This document shows, in pieces, positions 1-6,962 of a stretch of DNA of 27,991 nt; positions within the stretch are counted from its first letter, which is position 1; each line of letters opens with the position of its first letter. The stretch is from positions 1 to 27,991 of the IMG/VR virus record IMGVR_UViG_3300029226_000043; one strand, written 5' to 3'. The notes below the pieces were generated by a model. It was not told the origin of the DNA and did no database searches. It saw nothing but the letters and a program-made list of their open reading frames with translations. Position numbers and translations under genes: made by a program. The stretch is from a virus. Taxonomy: Duplodnaviria > Caudoviricetes.

Positions 1-238
1 GCACTACTATATAGTAGTTGATGAAATAAGACCCCAATTACAATTACCCATTGATTTATTGAATTAATTACTCACTTCTGCGGATTAATTACTTACCCCT
101 GTGGATAAGTCTCGTTTTAGCACTACTATATAGTAGTTGATGAAATAAGACCCCAATTACAATTACCCATTGATTTATTGAATTAATTACTCACTTCTGC
201 GGATTTGGATAAACTTAAATCATATTACTGTCTCGTTA
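1..238. repeat. 119-bp tandem repeat, 2 units (candidate replication origin)
   Basis: 1-86 is identical to 120-205, and GTCTCGTT recurs near 109 and 230. Each unit carries the perfect palindrome ACTACTATATAGTAGT (3-18, 122-137). The block is AT-rich and directly upstream of the polymerase-like gene. Confidence 0.9.
100..108 (-). promoter_or_regulatory. Consensus DnaA box TTATCCACA
   Basis: The + strand reads TGTGGATAA. A 1-mismatch copy TTTGGATAA lies at 204-212. A single 9-mer could be chance. Confidence 0.35.
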
Positions 239-239
239 T

Positions 240-247
240 GATAAATA
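240..247 (+). promoter_or_regulatory. T4-late-like promoter motif GATAAATA
   Basis: Intergenic, 6 nt before the leader hairpin of the 373 gene. The same motif recurs at most gene boundaries. Confidence 0.7.
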
Positions 248-253
248 ACTGTA

Positions 254-331
254 GCACTTAATTAATTGCTGTTATTGGCTCTCACAATGTGTTCATAATA
301 TATTCACCAATAACAGCAATTAATTAAGTGC
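254..331 (+). promoter_or_regulatory. 25-bp perfect inverted repeat with 28-nt loop in the 5' leader of the polymerase-like gene
   Basis: GCACTTAATTAATTGCTGTTATTGG (254-278) pairs with CCAATAACAGCAATTAATTAAGTGC (307-331). Confidence 0.85.
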
Positions 332-372
332 GTAAGTCGCCTGAGAAACGACTATAAACAAGGAATTATATT

Positions 373-2076
373 ATGAACCAAATTACAGCATTCACAAATC
401 ACGCCCAACGCTTACTCATACGCGATTACCCGGAACTAACAGAAAAACATCGTACTAAAATAATAGCTAGATACATTAAAGCGGTAACGACAGAGATAAA
501 CTCGAAGTTATGCCAATTTATGTTAGACAATGATCATTACATAGTAAGCACTTATACCATAAATCAACACAGTAGAAGCACCATAAATGGTAAACAAGTC
601 TGTATGCATAAATGGTTTACAGATAACTGTCCACTAATGCAGATAGTGAATTTAGGCAGTAATATAAAGAAGCAGTACACAGAGATTAAAATGACCTACC
701 ACCTAGAGATTATGATAGATGCTATATACGCAGAGCTATTAACCAAATCAGATTTAACTGATGATGAAAGAAATGAATACGCAGCGCAATTATACACACC
801 TGAGTTTTATAGCATTATAGGAAATGATACTAATGAAGTTGCTTATACGCCAATTGACGTTGATTCGTTACACGCATATATAATTTATATTAGTAACCAA
901 ATTACACAAGTTCAGTACGCATCCAAAGGGATAAACACACTAAAACGCAGGCTTAAAGAAGCAAAGCGGATTTATAGCATTGCGCGAGTGTTTAATGGGC
1001 AACTGCCGCTGATAATTAATAACAGTGAGTTTGGTCGCAAGTACTACAGAGGGCCAAACTTACAGTCGGTGAGTAAGTCAGTACGACACGCGGCGTTAGG
1101 CAGGTGCATTGAATATGACATTGAAAACTCAGTTTATGCGTGGCGTTACACAGAGACTATGCGCATATCAACTGATGCAGGTGTAGAGATAGCACTGCCT
1201 GCGACGTTAACCTATTTAGAGCGTAAATCTGCTATTCGGGAAGAGATAGCACTACATACATTCGAAGACTCGCAGCACTCAACTGAAAGCGCAGTGAAAA
1301 TAATTAAAGAGGCATTTACAGCTATTGGGTTCGGCGCACAAGGCTCAACAAAGACAGCCGTATGGTACATTAACGGCGAAAAGAAAACGCAATCACTTAA
1401 CGCAATCATATACAGCCCAAAACATAGAAAACTATTTCTTGAGCATCCATTCGTTTTACAGTTTATAGAAGAGCAGAAAGTGATCAGTAGCATTATATTT
1501 GAGTTTCATAGCAAAGACGCCAAGCTTACAAAGATGAAGTGCCTACAAACAGAAGCAGGTAAGTTAAGCAAGCCCAAGACATTAGCATACTTCTATCAGC
1601 AACAAGAACGAGTGCTATTAGATACAGCAGTACAACAACTAGACGCAGGCAATATACTACTAACAGTACACGATGCGTTTTATATTAAAAATGCAGATGC
1701 CGAAGGAATCAAGGCTGCGAAGCACGAGCTAAAGCAGTACAACAAAGAGCTTGATTTGGGCAAAGTTACACATACAGCAAATCAAGTCACAATGCAGCCT
1801 CAGGCAGATATTGATAAAGCATCACATCTGCATCGCATCACCCAGGAAAAGCGCAACGCAAAAGAATACATTCCTGACAGTCCACTAGTTAAATTACGTA
1901 TTAAAACCGACAAGATAGTAAGCGTTGAATCAATGTTGTATGAACACGGCAAGCAAGCAGCTGATACAACTTATATAACACAGATTAAAGACCAGATACG
2001 CAAAGATGAGTCAATCAACACAACTCGTGCCGACATAACTAAAATATTAAAGGAACGCAAATCGCAACGACAGTAA
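373..2076 (+). CDS. Family-A/T7-superfamily polymerase-domain protein (TV-Pol-like putative primase-polymerase)
   Basis: Motifs in the right order: FGRKYYRGPNLQ (cf. PolA TGRLS..PNLQ), motif A YD249IENS, motif B K312EAFTAIGFG, motif C LLTVHD434AF. RBS AAGGA present. No exonuclease motifs recognised. Confidence 0.7.
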   Translation: MNQITAFTNHAQRLLIRDYPELTEKHRTKIIARYIKAVTTEINSKLCQFMLDNDHYIVSTYTINQHSRSTINGKQVCMHKWFTDNCPLMQIVNLGSNIKKQYTEIKMTYHLEIMIDAIYAELLTKSDLTDDERNEYAAQLYTPEFYSIIGNDTNEVAYTPIDVDSLHAYIIYISNQITQVQYASKGINTLKRRLKEAKRIYSIARVFNGQLPLIINNSEFGRKYYRGPNLQSVSKSVRHAALGRCIEYDIENSVYAWRYTETMRISTDAGVEIALPATLTYLERKSAIREEIALHTFEDSQHSTESAVKIIKEAFTAIGFGAQGSTKTAVWYINGEKKTQSLNAIIYSPKHRKLFLEHPFVLQFIEEQKVISSIIFEFHSKDAKLTKMKCLQTEAGKLSKPKTLAYFYQQQERVLLDTAVQQLDAGNILLTVHDAFYIKNADAEGIKAAKHELKQYNKELDLGKVTHTANQVTMQPQADIDKASHLHRITQEKRNAKEYIPDSPLVKLRIKTDKIVSVESMLYEHGKQAADTTYITQIKDQIRKDESINTTRADITKILKERKSQRQ

Positions 2077-2078
2077 AT

Positions 2079-2086
2079 GATAAATA
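2079..2086 (+). promoter_or_regulatory. T4-late-like promoter motif GATAAATA
   Basis: Immediately after the 2076 stop. It is followed only by about 80 nt of structured non-coding sequence and a terminator. Confidence 0.6.
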
Positions 2087-2091
2087 ACATA

Positions 2092-2173
2092 GTGAGACAC
2101 GTCATGTTATAACCTCTCTGTTAATTGTTTGTCTCACAGCCCAACTCGCTCCCCAGCAGTTGGGCTTTTTTTT
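2092..2173 (+). ncRNA. Candidate ~80-nt small RNA with an anti-RBS loop
   Basis: Promoter motif upstream, 8-bp stem GTGAGACA/TGTCTCAC, and a 30-nt loop whose reverse complement reads AACAATTAACAGAGAGGTTATAACATG (SD + ATG). Ends at an intrinsic terminator. Confidence 0.5.
2138..2173 (+). terminator. Rho-independent terminator
   Basis: AGCCCAACT/AGTTGGGCT stem followed by a T8 tract. Confidence 0.85.
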
Positions 2174-2212
2174 GGATAAAAATCCTCCAAAAGGTAAAAA
2201 TTAGGAAAGTTT

Positions 2213-2220
2213 GATAAATA
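2213..2220 (+). promoter_or_regulatory. T4-late-like promoter motif GATAAATA
   Basis: Located after the terminator, 24 nt before ATG 2245 and upstream of SD GAGAGG. Confidence 0.75.
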
Positions 2221-2244
2221 ACTATAACAGAGAGGAACAATAAT

Positions 2245-2694
2245 ATGAAACACGTACAAAGAAACCAAATACGCAGACGCCAGACAGATCACGGAACAAC
2301 ATACGTTATGGGCGAGCAAGTCCGCAGTGAGATGATCGCACTCACTGCTCAATTAAAAGAGCTGGTCCAAACCAATCAGCTACCGACTAAATGGAATAAG
2401 AACGATAAAGACGCACTCGAGACAATGGATCACTGGTTAGCAGATGATCGAGATTTTAGCGATAAACAAATGGTTAAATTCTTTCGAATGCTACATAAGT
2501 TCGGTTTGCCAGATAACTTCAATGGATTAGCAAAGCAACTTGATTGGGAAATTGGCCGAAATATAAATCGCAGCGAAATGTATAACATTATGCAAGAGCG
2601 CAGAGACAACGATCGGTTAGCCAAAGTTGAAGGTGATCGCAATCTCGAAGTTCGATCACTCGCAACATCAACATACAATAGCTTATTCGAATAG
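2245..2694 (+). CDS. Hypothetical protein (149 aa), C-terminus TSTYNSLFE
   Basis: Strong SD, own promoter motif, globular-looking composition. No family recognised. Confidence 0.8.
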   Translation: MKHVQRNQIRRRQTDHGTTYVMGEQVRSEMIALTAQLKELVQTNQLPTKWNKNDKDALETMDHWLADDRDFSDKQMVKFFRMLHKFGLPDNFNGLAKQLDWEIGRNINRSEMYNIMQERRDNDRLAKVEGDRNLEVRSLATSTYNSLFE

Positions 2695-2739
2695 GTCAAT
2701 TTTGCCGAAATGGTCGTCCGATACCGATTATGAGCGTAA

Positions 2740-2755
2740 TATAAATATATAAATA
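2740..2755 (+). promoter_or_regulatory. Two tandem exact T4 late consensus TATAAATA
   Basis: TATAAATA at 2740-2747 and 2748-2755, upstream of ATG 2791. Confidence 0.65.
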
Positions 2756-2790
2756 CATAACACTTAACTATAACACAAGAGAGAGATAAA

Positions 2791-3384
2791 ATGAATAAAA
2801 TATTATTAGGAATAACACTAGCTATATTATTACAGGGCTGTAGTTCAGACGATGAATCAGTCTATATTGACCCATACGAATATAGTGACCCTTTCGCATT
2901 CGATGAATTTGGTAATGATGATAAAGATGACTTTGGCATCATCTTCACACCATCAACAGGACCAAGAACAATCGAAAACATTACCCCGAATATAACCCCA
3001 GGCACAGTGCCACTAGGTGATTATGGCGAGGTGATTCTGTCATGCGGAACAATTCACACCGATCCAGTAGTTGTACAGTACACAATGAATCTACAATACG
3101 TTTGCGAAATAAATTATCGCGCAAAACAAGATATTAGATACGATGATTATGATCCAAGCATAGACGACTTTCTCGAGTACAAAGTTACAGTACACGCGTC
3201 AAGAATTAATGGTGTACTTCATAGCAACACGACTCGTATTACACTACCAAGCGGCACGTTCGCAGTAAACATAAAGCTGAGCGTAGAGGAGTTGTATAAC
3301 GGCTCATACCAATACATTTACGGGCAACAAAGCAGAAAACAATTTTCGGTAATTGGCGGAACGCTTACAGAAATACAACTTTAA
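2791..3384 (+). CDS. Putative lipoprotein (candidate superinfection exclusion)
   Basis: Signal peptide MNKILLGITLAILLQG-C with lipobox LQGC and Ser at +2. Function is inference. Confidence 0.75.
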   Translation: MNKILLGITLAILLQGCSSDDESVYIDPYEYSDPFAFDEFGNDDKDDFGIIFTPSTGPRTIENITPNITPGTVPLGDYGEVILSCGTIHTDPVVVQYTMNLQYVCEINYRAKQDIRYDDYDPSIDDFLEYKVTVHASRINGVLHSNTTRITLPSGTFAVNIKLSVEELYNGSYQYIYGQQSRKQFSVIGGTLTEIQL

Positions 3385-3417
3385 AGTAGGTCGCCCGATC
3401 CAAGATATGATCATAAG

Positions 3418-3447
3418 CTGTACGCTCAATAACAGAGGAGCGTACAG
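3418..3447 (+). promoter_or_regulatory. 10-bp hairpin occluding SD and first base of the GTG start
   Basis: CTGTACGCTC (3418-3427) pairs with GAGCGTACAG (3438-3447). SD GAGGAG is at 3435-3440. Confidence 0.6.
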
Positions 3448-3830
3448 TGCTAAACAAATTCATAAACAAAGTCCAATTATCCGTATTACATAATTACACC
3501 GAAGAATCCGAAGAGTCACAATTCTTCATTGATAAAATCCAAGAAATAACCAATTGCATTAACAAAATGCCAGTTACATACGAAACAGAAGAATTACAAG
3601 ATCCGATTGTGTACTTGCATTATTTTCATTCAGTAGGTGATGCGTACATTACAGAAAGAGATATACACCCTGAGCAGAACCAAGCCTTTGGATACATTAA
3701 TATAGGAATGGGAGGCGAGCTTGGATACATTAGTATAAAAGATTTAATACAGAACGGATTTGAACTTGATTTATACTTTACCCAAAGGAACCTCAGTACA
3801 ATAATAGGAGAACACAATGACGAAAGTTGA
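3447..3830 (+). CDS. DUF2958-like protein
   Basis: Pattern YLHYF...YITERD...AFGY...GELGYISIKDL...ELDLYF resembles DUF2958. GTG start with SD. Confidence 0.7.
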   Translation: MLNKFINKVQLSVLHNYTEESEESQFFIDKIQEITNCINKMPVTYETEELQDPIVYLHYFHSVGDAYITERDIHPEQNQAFGYINIGMGGELGYISIKDLIQNGFELDLYFTQRNLSTIIGEHNDES

Positions 3831-3978
3831 ACAAGCAACAGCTATATTAACCAAAGCCCGTAAAGCAAATAACGATATAACCCGAAAGGAAGTTATTGCT
3901 CTTATAGTTAAACGAATGAAGTGCAGCCCACAAAGAGCCGGGGGTCACTATCAAGCAGCAGCACGTATAAAAAAATAA
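3817..3978 (+). CDS. Small basic protein (53 aa), possible DNA-binding; not in ORF track
   Basis: SD AGGAG, then MTKVEQATAILTKARKANNDITRKEVIALIVKRMKCSPQRAGGHYQAAARIKK*. It fills the gap between co-oriented genes. Confidence 0.7.
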   Translation: MTKVEQATAILTKARKANNDITRKEVIALIVKRMKCSPQRAGGHYQAAARIKK

Positions 3979-4040
3979 ATAAATCCCTTTCATTTTCTTC
4001 TTTTGGACTAAACTAATATTTGAATCCACAGGGAGAACCT

Positions 4041-4442
4041 ATGACTGAATTTAATTACAGCCTTTCATTTACATTTATGGATAATGAAAAAGCCAAAGAC
4101 TTTGATGCACGCATTGTCCTCGAAGATAGTAATGATACATGGTGCTTTGGTAATGGTGTTGAAATAAGCATATTCAATGAGAATAATTATGTTGAGGATA
4201 GCATTAGATCCTTAAAATCTGTAGTCCGTACGTTACAAAATGATCCGCTAACGCATGTTACAAGTTTATCTATAACCATTAGGATACATTGCTCAGACAA
4301 GATAACTAAGCAATTTGGGCTTTTACTGCCAGCTTCAACCGCAGAAGTTGTACTAACAAAAGTGCTAACGGATATGCTCAGCATTAGGACATACCTCCCT
4401 GAACTAATAACCTTCGCGGACAAGATAAAAGAATACGATTAA
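4041..4442 (+). CDS. Hypothetical protein (133 aa)
   Basis: Start moved from TTG 4020 to ATG 4041 because SD GGGAG precedes it. AATAAATA at 3974-3981 is upstream. Confidence 0.7.
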   Translation: MTEFNYSLSFTFMDNEKAKDFDARIVLEDSNDTWCFGNGVEISIFNENNYVEDSIRSLKSVVRTLQNDPLTHVTSLSITIRIHCSDKITKQFGLLLPASTAEVVLTKVLTDMLSIRTYLPELITFADKIKEYD

Positions 4443-4467
4443 CTCTACAACACAACCGTAACCCTAC

Positions 4468-4490
4468 AAGCAGCTTTATAGCTGCTTTTT
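4468..4490 (+). terminator. Rho-independent terminator
   Basis: AAGCAGCT-TTAT-AGCTGCTT followed by Ts. Confidence 0.65.
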
Positions 4491-4527
4491 CTTTGGAGAA
4501 CGTTAAACCCTCTTTATTTAGTTTATT

Positions 4528-4539
4528 GATAAATAAATA
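4528..4539 (+). promoter_or_regulatory. T4-late-like promoter motif (overlapping GATAAATA/AATAAATA)
   Basis: After the terminator, before SD GAGG and ATG 4556. Confidence 0.7.
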
Positions 4540-4555
4540 TAACAGAGGAACAATA

Positions 4556-5044
4556 ATGAACAAAGAAGAAAAAGCAAAAGCCAACCGAAGGGAATGGTAC
4601 AACAATAACAAAGATAAGATGAAAGCCTATAGTGATAAATGGTTAAGCGATCCAGAGAACCGAGCAAAACGAACTGCTTATATGAAGGAATACGCAGAAA
4701 AGAATAAAGAGAAAAGAAAAGAGTCTAATAAAATATACGCTCAGAAGAACCGTGAAATGCTTACAAAGAAACATTATGAGTACGTACAAAAGAATATAGA
4801 GGCAGTACGAACTTATCAACGCATCTACCACCAGAAACGTAGACTCAGACTAAAAGCCGAACAAGCATATAGTGAGCTTATGACAATGATTGATGAACTA
4901 TCACCAGCATTAACACCGGTTGAGATAAACACTATTACATCAGCATTAACAGAGTACGTAGACAACAATATACATAGGAATACAGTACGACAACTAATGC
5001 GAGGCGCTAGTACTATTACAGATGCGCTAACAACGGATTTTTAA
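4556..5044 (+). CDS. Lys/Arg/Tyr-rich helical-repeat protein (162 aa)
   Basis: ATG 4556 has an SD (track start TTG 4493 does not). Repeats like YxxKNxE resemble the helical arms of phage HNH proteins, but no HNH motif is present. Confidence 0.75.
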   Translation: MNKEEKAKANRREWYNNNKDKMKAYSDKWLSDPENRAKRTAYMKEYAEKNKEKRKESNKIYAQKNREMLTKKHYEYVQKNIEAVRTYQRIYHQKRRLRLKAEQAYSELMTMIDELSPALTPVEINTITSALTEYVDNNIHRNTVRQLMRGASTITDALTTDF

Positions 5045-5056
5045 ATGGATTTTTAA

Positions 5057-5326
5057 ATGGATCACAACATAACGGATCACAACATAACGGGCGAGCTTAC
5101 GGACGAGCTTACGGACGAGCTTAATATAGCAATAGCACAATTAAAAGTAGTTGTAGACGAAAGAAAATCACTCTCCGAAAGGGTACAAAATCTACAGTCT
5201 ATGGTTGATACAATGGCGAAGAATGAAGAAGCAAATAGAGTCGTAGACAAGATACGCTGTCGTAGGAACGCATTCATAACCATTGTTACAAGCGCGGTTT
5301 TCCTGGCACTATTTGCTGTTGTATGA
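5057..5326 (+). CDS. Coiled-coil protein with C-terminal transmembrane helix
   Basis: Heptad-like middle region and hydrophobic end AFITIVTSAVFLALFAVV. The 5' end is built from 15-bp and 12-bp in-frame tandem repeats. Confidence 0.6.
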   Translation: MDHNITDHNITGELTDELTDELNIAIAQLKVVVDERKSLSERVQNLQSMVDTMAKNEEANRVVDKIRCRRNAFITIVTSAVFLALFAVV

Positions 5327-5390
5327 TCAATATTACAGATTGATAACTGTTATATAACTATTAGTGCAATGGGTAGGTGATGGATTACGA

Positions 5391-5451
5391 GATGCCAGTA
5401 CAATGGATTGTAATGAGGTGCGTTGAAGGTCGATGCCATTGTACTGGCATC
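5391..5451. repeat. 16-bp perfect inverted repeat, 29-nt spacer
   Basis: GATGCCAGTACAATGG (5391-5406) pairs with CCATTGTACTGGCATC (5436-5451). Confidence 0.85.
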
Positions 5452-5484
5452 AGAGCGGAATTGATTATTAGTCCAGGGCCGGAA

Positions 5485-5629
5485 TGGTGATGGATATGGT
5501 TATGGTGATGGTGATGGTGATGGTGACGAATCTGACACCAAATTTCAGCCTCCACCACCCGCCCAAAGATAGACTCAAAGCCCAGCACAATGGCAATCCA
5601 CCCGCAATCACCACCCGCAATCACCACCC
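5485..5629. repeat. (TGGTGA)n tract facing GCAATCACCACCC repeats
   Basis: Hexamer tract at 5485-5526. The 13-mer occurs at 5604-5616 and 5617-5629, with a partial copy at 5593-5603. Confidence 0.75.
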
Positions 5630-5917
5630 AGAGATAGACCCACTCACCTTGTCAACCATTTAGAGCATACCCGTCATAACTCGCATATAAGCAACGATCA
5701 TAACAACAAGCAGCCTACGTACAGAGACACTGTTATATAGCTGTAAGACGCTTATATATTCAATGATCAAAGACTTACAGCACTATAAGTCACCATTCAG
5801 ATCAGCCTCACCATAACCCAGCATAACTCACTGTAAGTACTGCGAATACCGTCTTGACACAATAATACTGTAATGAACTGTGCGTACACGGTGAATAACA
5901 GTGAATAACAGCCGGAT

Positions 5918-6152
5918 CCAAACTATCGCCCGGCGATCAGAGATATAACACAAGAATGGCGGTTATAGCCGGTTATTCATATAAAACCAAAGTCTGCCCG
6001 CGCAGATCAGAGATGAACGTAGGAATGGCATCACAGCCGTTCTTATAGAGAAAACCAAAGTCTGCCCGCACAGATCCGAGATATAACACAAGAATGGCGG
6101 TTATAGCCGGTTATTCATATAAAACCAAAGTCTGCCCGCACAGATCCGAGAT
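5918..6152. repeat. Array of 32-bp direct repeats separated by 36-38-nt related spacers
   Basis: AAAACCAAAGTCTGCCCGCRCAGATCMGAGAT at 5983, 6051 and 6121, with a degenerate copy at 5918-5944. Spacers 5945-5982 and 6083-6120 are identical. Confidence 0.9.
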
Positions 6153-6238
6153 GAAACACCACATAACACCGTGATTCACCGTGATTCACCGTCATATACA
6201 CGGTTAAATCTATTTAATACATTTTAATACATTGATTT

Positions 6239-6246
6239 GCTAAATA
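6239..6246 (+). promoter_or_regulatory. T4-late-like promoter motif GCTAAATA
   Basis: 26 nt before the TerS ATG, upstream of SD AGGAG. Confidence 0.7.
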
Positions 6247-6272
6247 ACTATGAATAACACAGGAGAGCGTCA

Positions 6273-6800
6273 ATGGTCACTAAAGCAGACCCAATCACTG
6301 GCAAACGTCAGAAGACCGGCGGTAGATTACCCGGCCAGAAGAACCGTCACAACCGTATAAGCAAAGAGGTAAAGGAATTGATCCTAGACCGTGAGTACTT
6401 ACGCATTGAGCAATTCCTCGATAAGAATATGACACCCCTCACTTATCTCTTCAACGTATTCAACGATACCCGTAGGCATACAGATGATCGTATTAAAGCA
6501 GCAATAGCCTCACTTCCGTACGTTCATGGTAAGAAACCCGCGCAAATGGAATTGAGTGGCCGAGATGGTAAGGATCTTAACCTCGGCAATGATAGAGCGC
6601 TACGTACGCTGGATGGGCTGCTATTCGACGCTATTAAGCAGATTGATGCGGATGATGAGTTAAGCAACGCAGAGGATAGCAACGTCTTACACGATAAGTT
6701 CGAAGCGGATAGCAGCATAACAACTGAGTACGCAGAGATTACAGAGACGGATACACAGAGAGCAGAGGCAGTACTACAGCAGGTAAAAGATAGCAAATAA
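6273..6800 (+). CDS. terS: Terminase small subunit
   Basis: KTGGRxPGxKN N-terminal motif, RIKAAIASLPYVH and ELSGRDG. Position is upstream of TerL. Confidence 0.8.
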   Translation: MVTKADPITGKRQKTGGRLPGQKNRHNRISKEVKELILDREYLRIEQFLDKNMTPLTYLFNVFNDTRRHTDDRIKAAIASLPYVHGKKPAQMELSGRDGKDLNLGNDRALRTLDGLLFDAIKQIDADDELSNAEDSNVLHDKFEADSSITTEYAEITETDTQRAEAVLQQVKDSK

Positions 6801-6803
6801 CCT

Positions 6804-6962
6804 ATGACTACAGACCATCCACATAAGTCAAAGCCACTGTCAGAGACCGAGATAGCACGGTGCGACATAGCCGAGGCCGAGCCTAGCAATCCTATAACAG
6901 TACAAGCACTCGAGGCGCATATTAATTTGATAGTTCAATGGATACAAGATGAATCAGCTTAG
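6804..6962 (+). CDS. Possible 52-aa ORF between terS and terL; not in ORF track
   Basis: ATG 3 nt after the terS stop, with a stop overlapping the terL start. No clear SD. Confidence 0.4.
   Translation: MTTDHPHKSKPLSETEIARCDIAEAEPSNPITVQALEAHINLIVQWIQDESA

Noticed and set aside
335-353. CTGAGAAAC resembling a hammerhead core or boxB loop
   Set aside because: There is no stem II between CUGA and GAAA and no boxA. It is only a 5-bp hairpin.
1971-2105. 44-aa minus-strand ORF behind an SD-like GAGAGG
   Set aside because: It is antisense to the polymerase-like gene with no minus-strand promoter motif seen nearby. Better explained as the sRNA loop, but kept as the alternative explanation.
5385-5627. 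Minus-strand 80-aa ORF with a poly-His run
   Set aside because: The His run is just the translation of the TGGTGA tract. It has no clear SD and opposes all other genes.
5854-5885. TTGACA as a sigma70 -35 box
   Set aside because: No acceptable -10 hexamer at 16-18 bp spacing.
5918-6152. Bona fide CRISPR array
   Set aside because: Spacers 1 and 3 are identical and spacer 2 is related to them, there are no cas genes, and I do not recognise the repeat end motif. Reported as a tandem repeat instead.
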